From Tetramitus jugosus (Eukaryota > Protista > Heterolobosea), in the NCBI GenBank assembly GCA_937625935.1, contig OW569361.1, forward strand, positions 372,001 through 436,000: DNA of 64,000 bases. The letters run 5' to 3'. Positions 55,131 through 64,000 of this stretch are shown here, piece after piece; the stretch's first letter is position 1, and each line of letters starts with the position of its first letter. The position numbers and the translations under genes were made by a program. The notes beneath the pieces were generated by a model that did no database searches, had not been told where the DNA came from, and saw nothing but the letters and a program-made list of their open reading frames with translations.

Positions 55131-56221
55131 TCATTCCTGAGTAATGTTGTTGTTGTTGTTATCCTTGAGTTGCATTCGTAGATGCTGATTCTCCTTTTGT
55201 AATTGTTGGATGATGGTTCTCAGTTCTTCAATTTGTTGTGCTGTGTCATTAGTGGATGGTGGTGTAACTGGTGTTGTTTGTGCGCTGCTACGTGCTGCAG
55301 TTCCCTTCTTGTTGTTGTGGTGCACTAACTTTCTCTTCTTTTGAGTGTGGAAAGGTGTGAAAATGTCCAATGGTTTTTCAACAAGGTCCATCGTATCATC
55401 TGCTATAGATACAACGAGTGGTTCAGCTCCGCAGTCCAAGATTTCAATCAAGTTACTTCTGGAGACTCCTTGAAAAGATGAAGGTCCTGGTTTCACCGTT
55501 GGTAGGGTTTTTGAACTCGAAGCTTGAGATTCCTGTGTTGTATATGGGAGTGGTGGAAGGTTGCCAGGTACCTGGGAAGATACATCTTGGCTTGCCTTGA
55601 ATGTTTTCTTTGAAAATTTAGAGGTATAAACATCCATTGTTCTATCAATTCCCTCGCTTGTTGGATAAGAAGTTTAGATAATCACCTCTGACAAAAAGGT
55701 ATCATTGTTGTTTGAAGAACTCGTTTGAATACATACTCTGTAAATCGAATCTGTTCTTGATTGTATTCTTCATCATCACTCAACTCTTTTTCTGAGTCTG
55801 TTTCAGGTGTGTCCTCAACACTTCCGTTGTTTCCTTGGAGTGAGTTATTGATATCATTTGTACAGGTAACCTCTTGATCTTCATCAGAAGAAGGAACAAC
55901 AATCGGTGTCTTGTTACGGTTGTTATTCATCGATGAAGATGGCAAAAGAGAGCACAAATCCATGGAGACTGATCGATCTCTCGCTCTCTTAGCTGACTGG
56001 GCTATTCTGGTTTCACTTCCGTTGTACATCCATCTCTGAAGATTTGGCAACACGTTGACTTTGGAATGGGCTTCTTGGCTATTCTTGTGAGTTGTTGTTG
56101 GAGCTAGTAAGCTTTTGGTTCGTTCAAAGAACTCCTTCTGAGTACTTTCAATGTTGCTCTTCTTGACAACAGCAACCCTTCTCTGACCTCCAGTCCACCT
56201 TCTCATCTCAATGTGTTGCAC
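55131..56221 (-). CDS. Hypothetical low-complexity protein with C-terminal coiled coil, probably 2 exons
   Basis: A GTATGT..AAG intron at 55657-55736 joins the two track ORFs in frame; NLS-like KKRK; coiled coil IEELRTIIQQLQKEN. Confidence 0.55.
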
Positions 56222-56338
56222 TCAAGCTCAAACGTATTGATGAGATGAAAAAGTGTATTGCGGGTTTTCTGTAAAAAGAGCGCTAATATTCAGTCAGGTG
56301 AAGAAAGAAAGTGTAAGTGGAAACAGTACGCAGATTCT

Positions 56339-58744
56339 TTATGAGTAAAAGCGGAAGTCACTGAGGTGGAAGCCTTGTTGTTCAGCAAAATAGGCTAGTT
56401 CATGATGAACGGGACCAATGACCTTTTCAGTCTCGAGGAATATGAGACGCACTTCTTCGTGCAGATTATCTAAATGGTGGCGCTTGAAGAATTTCAAAGA
56501 CAGCAACACTGCATCAACAAAGCAGGCCCTAACTTCAACATGCACTGTTTTACCGAGATCTGGCACATTTTGTTCCCGCAGTAGAGGTGATGACTTTGTT
56601 TCATTTAACAGAGCCACAAGATAGTGGAATATCCTCATCCATAGAGCTTCCTCTCTAGTTCCATACACAGTACTATAATATCGCATACAGCATAAGATGA
56701 GCGTTTTGCACAAGCTCTCAAAAGTTTTGTACCATGCAAATCCGGATCTCCTCTGAATCATTGTCTTCTCCATAACATTGAACATGTAAAAGAAGGTGTT
56801 TGGTGTCTCATCTTCCAAAGCTACTCGCATGGCATAGTTGAAGAAAGATATGGATTCAATCGGAGCTCTTTGGGCTTTCATGTGGTGGTCCATAACAAAG
56901 CTCAAAACTGGCATGGCATTTGTCTGCAACTTGGCAACATTATCACGACAGAGGTGACACCGGAGATAATAACAGTACAGTGATCCCTTTGGAGCAACTC
57001 CAATCTCCTCCATATGCTTTAACACTAAATCTGCCTTCTCTATACTACCAATCAACGCGGCGTACTGCATCAGTTTGACGAAAAACTTGCCTGGATCCAA
57101 TAGAGTCTTAATACTTTGAACCAGTTTGCCAGAGAAGTAATAGTTCCATATATCTTCACACATGTCCTCCATGCTCGATATCGTCGCAATGTATAACGCA
57201 GAGTCCAAGCTCAGAGGATCCATTTGAAAATTCGTGTCTTTCACATACTTCCAAATTGCACGAACAGCCTCAGGGTCCTTCTTATCTGACAAATGCTTAT
57301 AAATTAATTTTGAGAAAATGTGATTGGTTAGACCAAATCCCATTAACTGAGCACTTTCTTCCAAGACAGTAACAGCCAACCGAGGGTTAATATCAAGAAT
57401 GATGATGATGCTGTGTCCCAGAACATACTCCTTCTTCTCTGGAGGCAAATCACCCTTGAGCGCGCTGTCGAGCATATAACGCACAGCCTGAACCGAATCA
57501 GCCTCGCCCATCATCTTACTATTGTGTCTCACAACTTCCATCAAAATCATGATAATATCACCAGATGTCGCCAAAATCTTCCTCTTTCTCATATCCATAT
57601 AGAGAGTCAGAACTTCATTATACTTTTTCTGTAGAAAACTCTTGAGCATTAGTGAGTGATAAATTCGTTGAGTGTACGGTTGCTTCATCCTAGAATCCTT
57701 CATGTATCGATCAAACTTTCCAAATTCGTTCATATGAGAGCACGAGTTCAGCAATGAAGTATACGATCCACAATTCGGTTGAACATGTGTCTCATTTTTC
57801 AACTGATGAAACACGCGTTCTGCAGTCTCCAAATCATAAATCTTACCCGCGGTTGCAATCACAAAATTGTAATACTTGACCAAAATCTCCGCATAAAACC
57901 ATCGATCATAATTCACATAAGAGTCACTAGAAATCAGATCCAACAATGGTTGACGAACATGCTCCAGAATCACCAATGCTTTTCCAAGCTTTGATTGATT
58001 GAAGCACTCTTGAAACAAATTGTGAAGTCCTTCCTGCTCAAAATAAAGTTTGTATCGCTTGAGTGTAATAAGGTTTGAAGTGTCTCTTCGATTACGGTAT
58101 TGATACTGTTTCCTTGTTTTCGTGTTAGTCTCTGCTGTAATATTATTGTTTTGAGTGTTTTCAACCTTTTCTTCTTTTGATGCATCTTCTTTATGTTTCT
58201 CAACATCATCCTCCTCCTCTTGTTGTATTAATTCTTTCGATTCTTGTTGTTGTTGCTGTTGTTGTTGCTGTGGTGGTGGTGAAGCATCAACCTTTCGAGC
58301 AAGACTCAAAAAATGATGCAACATGCGCAAAATTTCATCTCTCTCAGCAACAGGCATATCATATTGTCGATGTCTCTCCAAATCAAACACTCCATTCATT
58401 CGAATTTCTCTCTTTCGAATGCCTTGAAACTTTACTCTACCATCTTTGAGCTCATTGGATGACCTAGGTCTCGATTGATCAATCAATTTTTTCTTTAGTG
58501 CTCCATCGAATGGAACATGTTGTTTCGTAGTGTAGCGCTGCTGATTTGCTTTGAATGTTTTTGACGTTGGCGTCGTAGTGGTGGTGGATGGACTCTCGGG
58601 ATTATTATTTTGGCGCCAATAATTTTGTTGATTGTTCCGAATTTGCGGAGAATAATGGAGAGGGAAGAAGGGAGTGGTGCGAGTGGTGTGGGAGAAGTGT
58701 TTCAAAAGATGCCTGCAGGGCAAATGAGACATTTTGTTGTTCAT
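56339..58744 (-). CDS. Pentatricopeptide-repeat protein, probably mitochondrial
   Basis: YNFVIATAGK...AERVFHQLK..HVQPNCGSYTSLLNSC, IYHSLM, M.EIGVAP repeats; basic presequence. Confidence 0.85.
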   Translation of the reverse strand: MNNKMSHLPCRHLLKHFSHTTRTTPFFPLHYSPQIRNNQQNYWRQNNNPESPSTTTTTPTSKTFKANQQRYTTKQHVPFDGALKKKLIDQSRPRSSNELKDGRVKFQGIRKREIRMNGVFDLERHRQYDMPVAERDEILRMLHHFLSLARKVDASPPPQQQQQQQQQESKELIQQEEEDDVEKHKEDASKEEKVENTQNNNITAETNTKTRKQYQYRNRRDTSNLITLKRYKLYFEQEGLHNLFQECFNQSKLGKALVILEHVRQPLLDLISSDSYVNYDRWFYAEILVKYYNFVIATAGKIYDLETAERVFHQLKNETHVQPNCGSYTSLLNSCSHMNEFGKFDRYMKDSRMKQPYTQRIYHSLMLKSFLQKKYNEVLTLYMDMRKRKILATSGDIIMILMEVVRHNSKMMGEADSVQAVRYMLDSALKGDLPPEKKEYVLGHSIIIILDINPRLAVTVLEESAQLMGFGLTNHIFSKLIYKHLSDKKDPEAVRAIWKYVKDTNFQMDPLSLDSALYIATISSMEDMCEDIWNYYFSGKLVQSIKTLLDPGKFFVKLMQYAALIGSIEKADLVLKHMEEIGVAPKGSLYCYYLRCHLCRDNVAKLQTNAMPVLSFVMDHHMKAQRAPIESISFFNYAMRVALEDETPNTFFYMFNVMEKTMIQRRSGFAWYKTFESLCKTLILCCMRYYSTVYGTREEALWMRIFHYLVALLNETKSSPLLREQNVPDLGKTVHVEVRACFVDAVLLSLKFFKRHHLDNLHEEVRLIFLETEKVIGPVHHELAYFAEQQGFHLSDFRFYS

Positions 58745-58914
58745 TCTCTGTTATGTATTTGAACAAAAATTGTGTTTCTCTTTTTGAGGTTTGCTTTTTC
58801 GTTGTTCAAGAATGATTTTTTGAATCAAATTCATTCAAGTGTGAAAGCAAGCACCTTCAAGGAAAATTGGTGAGTGTTTTTCCGACGGGACACTTGATTG
58901 TATTGTGGTTTGGT

Positions 58915-60090
58915 CTAATGGTAGTGGTACAGGTTGTCGTGCAAGATTTTGGAAGATGGTTGATAGGGACCAAATTCTAGGTAGGTTTGCTTGATGTAGT
59001 ACCGGGAGGAGAAAGTGGAGAGTGAACCGAGGATGGACAAACCGATAAAGGGAGCAATGAACATGTCAGCAAAATTGTTCACGAAGTTAACTCTTTGTGG
59101 TGTCACTCTTGTTTCGATTTGGTTGCACAAATCTTTGGACACATCACCATAACAAATGTACTCTGGTCGATACTTTCTGTTATCGAGGTTCAGTGATTGA
59201 TTGGCTCGATGGATTGTGTCAGTCACAGTATTTGGCATGCCATTGTCCTCTGTTCCAGTCAAGTAATTCTGTACAATATCATTTTCGAACAAGAGATTCA
59301 GAGGCAGCTCCAACAACTCTGCATCAACACTGTTTTCTGGATCAAGAGTGACTATGCTTCCATCAGGTAATGTAAAATCGTTGCTCTCATTTGTCTTGTT
59401 CTGTAGCGCTGATCTCCATCCATCAATGCACTGTAAGTGAATTGGATTGTGCATATCCAAGTGTCTCAACTCTGGCTTATCCCTCTTGAGTGCCTCTAGG
59501 AACATGGACGAGTAATGCCTTGTGCCCATCACGGAACAATATTCCTGCGGACCACCTCTCTCATCATAACCGACCATTGCTCCTGCTTCAACACTTCCTG
59601 CTCCCAGATTCAACAATGAAACTCTTCTTCGACCAAAAGAATCACGCAATGCTTCGATTTGAGACGAACAGGACATGTAATCCGCTTCCAACAACTCAAA
59701 CATTAACTCACTCAACCCTGGCATAAGCGCCACATTTGCATTCGAAATACCAAACAACACGGGAACTTGTGACAGGTCATTGCTCACGTTTGTCTTCTGA
59801 AACGTTGTTTCCAACACTTGTTGCATCACACCTTCATTCATTTCACCACCACCACTTGTCTGACCATCAGCTATACCATGGACCATACTCTGTGCATTTG
59901 GTAGTATATCTGCCCACCATTTTGAACTTGTTTCCCTGGACATGGTGCTTGCATTGTACTGCCAACACGGTGTCTGTTCATTTACAGTTCCGTTGAATAA
60001 CACAACTTCGGGTTGATCGTCACCACAGAAACCCGCTCGAAGGTATTGGGTTCCTAAATCAATAGCAAGTACTCTACCGTCACTATTCAT
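58915..60090 (-). CDS. Divergent actin-related protein
   Basis: AIDLGTQYLRAGFCGDDQP, ELMFE, LLNLGAG, FTLPDG, FIGLSILGSLSTF...YLEFGP. Confidence 0.85.
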   Translation of the reverse strand: MNSDGRVLAIDLGTQYLRAGFCGDDQPEVVLFNGTVNEQTPCWQYNASTMSRETSSKWWADILPNAQSMVHGIADGQTSGGGEMNEGVMQQVLETTFQKTNVSNDLSQVPVLFGISNANVALMPGLSELMFELLEADYMSCSSQIEALRDSFGRRRVSLLNLGAGSVEAGAMVGYDERGGPQEYCSVMGTRHYSSMFLEALKRDKPELRHLDMHNPIHLQCIDGWRSALQNKTNESNDFTLPDGSIVTLDPENSVDAELLELPLNLLFENDIVQNYLTGTEDNGMPNTVTDTIHRANQSLNLDNRKYRPEYICYGDVSKDLCNQIETRVTPQRVNFVNNFADMFIAPFIGLSILGSLSTFSSRYYIKQTYLEFGPYQPSSKILHDNLYHYH

Positions 60091-60370
60091 GTTTGTTCTG
60101 TTGAGTTCTATTTGTTTTTTTCTGAAGATTGTTTTGGGACGAAATCTCTGTGGTTACGGGTTTGATTTCAAAGAGGAAGTTGTTGCAACCAATACAACGA
60201 AAGACACTTGCATTTGCAGAGGAACAAAAGCTCGAAAGCACAAATGATACAAGGAATGTAAGAGATGTAACATTGTTGTTTCAATCTCTGTGCTTCCAAA
60301 TATTTACAATAAATTAACCTTACAAAAATTTCGATTGGCAGCAACCACATAGCACTCATCCTGAATACAA

Positions 60371-61072
60371 TTACTGCCCAATTTGCTTACTCAACGGGCC
60401 TCTCTTCTTGACTTCTCTCATTGCCTGTGCATTTCCACACGCCAAACAAAACGTATTTACAATACAATCACCACACAGCGACCCCGATATAAAATATTGT
60501 TCTCTGACTTGATACCTGAACGAACAAATATCGGAATGACACGCATTCAAGCTCACACTATTCTCATTCATCTTTGACAAGTAAACCGGGACGCAACAAG
60601 GCGCACAGAAAAATCCATGAATCATCGTAGTCATATCGGAGAAACAGTCAAATAAACCGCCAGAGCTCCATTTCGTTGCTGACGACGGGGGTGGGGATGA
60701 CGACAGCAGTAAGCTTGAAGAATTGTCTTGACTTCTGGATCGACTGTGATGATGAACAGAGGATCGACGACCGGATTTTGAGCTATTGAGCTTCTTGCTT
60801 GACGAACGATGACTCTTAGTCGTTGCCGTTGTCGTCGTTGGTGTTGCACCTTCATCACTGCTTTCATCTCCTTCATTGGCTGCTGCACTCACATTGTGAG
60901 TAGCATACTCTGGCACAATAACAACTTGTTGGTGCGCTGGGAAGAGCACATAGTCACACGTGTTTTCCTGTTGTTGGTCGGTAGAATCCTTTGTGGTTGA
61001 CAGTACCGATTCATTGGCTGTCGATAGTGAGGTGTTGATATTGTCATGGCTCACCGACGAGTGGTTGGCCAT
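60371..61072 (-). CDS. PLAC8-family cysteine-rich protein
   Basis: WSSGGLFDCFSD...GFFCAPC, RYQVREQYFISGSLCGDC...FCLAC...QAMREVK. Confidence 0.88.
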   Translation of the reverse strand: MANHSSVSHDNINTSLSTANESVLSTTKDSTDQQQENTCDYVLFPAHQQVVIVPEYATHNVSAAANEGDESSDEGATPTTTTATTKSHRSSSKKLNSSKSGRRSSVHHHSRSRSQDNSSSLLLSSSPPPSSATKWSSGGLFDCFSDMTTMIHGFFCAPCCVPVYLSKMNENSVSLNACHSDICSFRYQVREQYFISGSLCGDCIVNTFCLACGNAQAMREVKKRGPLSKQIGQ

Positions 61073-61419
61073 GTTGTTTGTTGTTTCTGATGTCTTTTTT
61101 TCACAAAACAAAATTTCCATTTCCCTTTTGGAAAGTGGGAGAGTGTTTATTGACCTCCATCCACAATCTAACAGTTAACATGAGCACTTAAGCACTGTCT
61201 GTTTGTTCTTGTCGTCGCAAAAAAAAAGACACAGACACATCTGTGGGGATAGAGTGTGTGCTGTGTGGAAACCAGTGGTGGTCTCCGTCTTCAAAATCAT
61301 CTTTTGGGCCCAATCAATCAGTCAGCAAAAGAATGGAATGCCCTATGCATGCACTCGTGTATCAAGTAAGCCAGATCTACAGATTCATTCAATCAACAAA
61401 TTGAATGAATCTGTTTTCT

Positions 61420-62730
61420 TTACCGTGATGATGACGATGAGAAGATGTCGGCTGGATCCTTGGCACCAAAGCAATGCTTCCAATGTGTTCGATATCGATT
61501 CTCATTCACCACAGAGTTGCTGTTGGTGCGACAACGTGCGGCACAAAAATCAAATGCCGTACGAATCCGGGTGTACAGTAGTTTTTGTTGCGACAGGTAC
61601 TTTTTGTGCAATTGTTCAATCATGGGACGATTTTGTGGCTTGAGACAACAGGACACACAATACTCGTAGCTCTCACAGCATTGATACTGAGAATGACAAG
61701 TGTCACAAGAGTATCTCTTGGCTTCTGTTGTTATTGTCTTGTTCTCTTCTTGTTGCTCCTGTTTACTGTCCTTCTCTTCACCATCATCTTGACCTTGCTT
61801 CTCCACTTGTTTCACTCTTGATTCATCAAGTGTGTTTGAGTACAGTGTCGAGTGTCGACAACACATGGTCCTCGTGCTCAAATCAGACGCATAACACGTA
61901 AATCCTCTCGAGTCAGTCACTAGATCATGACCTGAAACTGTGTTTTTACACCGTTTGTTTTCATTGCTTGTTTTTTCTGCTTTTTCTGTTATTGTACCTG
62001 CTTTTTCTGCTGCTGCTGCTGCTACTACTGTTGTTGGTTTGTTTCTTCTAATCATAATCGATTCATCAAAATATTCACCATCAGCATCACTCTCATCCGA
62101 TGCAGCATCACTGTCATAATTGTTGTCATCACCTTCGTCACCTTCATCATTTGACTCGTATTGATTTCGGTTCTTTTCCGACTCTACTTGATTCAAACTT
62201 CTCATCCGATCAATCGTCTTCTTGATTCGTTTCATGGCAGAAGCAGTGGCCGAGTTTGATGATGATTTTTGTGAAATGGAAACGACTACTGGGTCCTTGT
62301 TTCGATTCAATCGATCTCTTGACATTCGTTCCTTTTCCTTCTGAAGTAACATGTCATCTCTTTCTTGTTGTTTTCTCAATGAACGATCATCATGTGAGAC
62401 AAAGTGTTCAATATCATTCTTTTTTGATGATGATGATTTTATTGTTGTTGTTGTTGTTGTTGGAATAGTGGATGGTGGTACAATGATGGGCCTCAACTGT
62501 TGTTGTTGTTGTTGGTCATCAAATAATGTTGGTTGTTGAATCATAGGATCAGTATGACCAATCACTGGTGACGATGAAGATGACTGTTGATCAATCGTTA
62601 TTTTTTGTTTGGAATTCATCTTGTTCTTTTGTGTGTATAAAATGTTACTGCGAATAAATAAAATGGCAGTCGCAGTGAATATGATGAATAGGAAGAGAAG
62701 AAAGCATAGTGCATATCTCTTGGGCAACAT
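61420..62730 (-). CDS. SPRING1: SPRING1/C12orf49-like type II membrane protein
   Basis: N-terminal TM; CKNTVSG..LVTDSRGFTC, CC, YSCDTC, CCESYEYCVSCCL, FDFC..RCRTNS.SVVNENRY..WKHCF. Confidence 0.88.
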   Translation of the reverse strand: MLPKRYALCFLLFLFIIFTATAILFIRSNILYTQKNKMNSKQKITIDQQSSSSSPVIGHTDPMIQQPTLFDDQQQQQQLRPIIVPPSTIPTTTTTTIKSSSSKKNDIEHFVSHDDRSLRKQQERDDMLLQKEKERMSRDRLNRNKDPVVVSISQKSSSNSATASAMKRIKKTIDRMRSLNQVESEKNRNQYESNDEGDEGDDNNYDSDAASDESDADGEYFDESIMIRRNKPTTVVAAAAAEKAGTITEKAEKTSNENKRCKNTVSGHDLVTDSRGFTCYASDLSTRTMCCRHSTLYSNTLDESRVKQVEKQGQDDGEEKDSKQEQQEENKTITTEAKRYSCDTCHSQYQCCESYEYCVSCCLKPQNRPMIEQLHKKYLSQQKLLYTRIRTAFDFCAARCRTNSNSVVNENRYRTHWKHCFGAKDPADIFSSSSSR

Positions 62731-63124
62731 GTTATCAACTACTGCAATATGGTTGTTGTTGTTGTGAAAAGATTTTTTTCACCCGAAAAAAAAATATGAT
62801 ATTATCAATGATTTTTTTTGTTGTTGCTGTTGCTGTTGTTGATGTTTGTTGATGTTGACACACAACACAATTTCTGAATCGGGAAGATGTTGGGTGTATT
62901 TATTTTTTTTGTTTCGTCGTGTGAGCGAATGATGTGTGAGTCGTCGTAGTTGTTGGTAAGTGTGTCGTGCTTGCTTTTTTTTATCGATTCTCGAAACACG
63001 AAATTTCAATTTTGAATAGCGATGCATATGGCTTCGAGTCGGGAGAGAAAATCTCCCCAACACTCAAAACAGGGATGACCAAAACAACAAATTTGGCGAA
63101 GAGGGTTTCGAGTTGCGTTACGAT

Positions 63125-64000
63125 TTATTTCACTTCGGCACCCTTATACTGTGAGAAGAGAATGGCTCCGGACTGAGTCTTGAAACGGTGTGTGCCATTG
63201 AAGACAACCTCTCCCTTGTCATTGGTGGAGAAGAGTGGCAAGATCTTGGAAAGTTTCTTGCTGACTTGGTTTGCTGGTGCAGGCTCTCCTTCGTGACCGT
63301 CAACAACAATTCTCTCACCAACCTTGTAAGAGTTTTCAGGAATCTTGACCAACTCGACAGCTCCAGATTGCTTATCAGTGGAGCAAACAACCATACCATT
63401 GGATGCAACACCAACCATGTTGCTTGGCTTCAAGTTGCACATGACAAGGACATCCTTGCCCAAAATGTCTTCCATGGCAATCTTGCCAACGAGACCAGAG
63501 CAAATGGTTCTTGGTTGCTCCTCACCGACATCAATCTCTTCAATCAACAACTTTTCAGCTGCTTCGTGCTTCTTGACAGACAAAACTCTGCCGATTCTCA
63601 TGTCGAGGATGGATGGACTGACTTCAGCTGGCTTCTGGTCACCTGATGCAGCAGCTGGTGCCTTCTTGGTGTCAGCCTTTTTATCATCACCACCCTTCTT
63701 GTTGTTTGCAGGAGTTGCTTGAGCAGCTGGAGCAGCGCCACCCTTTGCTTGTTGCTCAACAGCAGCAACAGGAGCAAGTGCCTTGAAAGCAAATGGCTTG
63801 TTGTTGAATGGCAATGGTTGGACCTTGTCAAACAATCCATCAATTGGCAGAGTGTGTTGCATGAAATCGAACCATCTCAACAATGCTTGATACTTGGCAA
63901 CAGTTCTGCTACTCTTGATATGGGAGTGTAGGTAGGAAAACAGGAACAAATCAGCCAATGACAGAGTCAGACCAACAAAGAAGGTATTGGCAAGGACAAT
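63125..64000 (-). CDS. Arc1p/AIMP1-like protein (GST-C plus EMAPII tRNA-binding domain), 5' partial
   Basis: TFFVG..LSLADL...LLRWFDFMQH (GST-C); LDMRIGRV..VKKHE.AEKL..EEIDVGE..PRTICSGL, CNLKP..MVGV.SNGMV. Confidence 0.9.
   Translation of the reverse strand: MVLANTFFVGLTLSLADLFLFSYLHSHIKSSRTVAKYQALLRWFDFMQHTLPIDGLFDKVQPLPFNNKPFAFKALAPVAAVEQQAKGGAAPAAQATPANNKKGGDDKKADTKKAPAAASGDQKPAEVSPSILDMRIGRVLSVKKHEAAEKLLIEEIDVGEEQPRTICSGLVGKIAMEDILGKDVLVMCNLKPSNMVGVASNGMVVCSTDKQSGAVELVKIPENSYKVGERIVVDGHEGEPAPANQVSKKLSKILPLFSTNDKGEVVFNGTHRFKTQSGAILFSQYKGAEVK

Noticed and set aside
9128-55736. Split ORFs suggesting frameshifts, pseudogenes or a variant genetic code
   Set aside because: All are resolved by canonical GT-AG introns, and TAA, TAG and TGA all act as stops.
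1-64000. CRISPR arrays, transposons, viral insertions, rRNA, telomeric repeats
   Set aside because: No spaced direct repeats, transposase/RT/capsid motifs or rRNA-like tracts seen; the repeats are trinucleotide microsatellites only.

Overview
Gene-dense eukaryotic (protist) nuclear DNA. It uses the standard genetic code, has short GT-AG spliceosomal introns (about 60-150 nt), and its intergenic gaps are mostly under 300 bp, with CA/CAA-rich leaders. The RGS+START protein, the divergent actin-like gene and the general architecture suggest a heterolobosean (Naegleria/Acrasis-like) amoeba, but that is inference. I find about 37 protein-coding genes and one tRNA-Gly(GCC). Most are housekeeping: USO1/p115 (partial), a Qb-SNARE, TUG/ASPSCR1, TruA, SRR1, CTL/SLC44, SHQ1, ATAD2/Yta7, TXNDC17, a WRN-type exonuclease, a telobox TRF-like protein, DPH5, C9orf72-like, SAM50, an LRR-RhoGEF, HSP110, SMARCC/SWI3, two tandem F-box/SPRY paralogs, CSN7, PDCD2L, an RNase III-like mitoribosomal protein, UBC12, a PPR protein, PLAC8, SPRING1 and Arc1p/AIMP1 (partial). 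I see no transposon, CRISPR array, rRNA or viral insertion, and no clearly delimited new multi-gene system. The best leads are: a small 'MSRSRKK' protein resembling a bacterial/phage family; a 101-aa miniature ATP6AP2-like protein; an animal-type N-terminal module on SMARCC; a CaaX-bearing pseudo-GTPase; a WRN-exonuclease/TRF head-to-head pair; a deleted-in-frame F-box paralog with an apparent gene-conversion tract; and a hidden spliced small ORF upstream of ATAD2.
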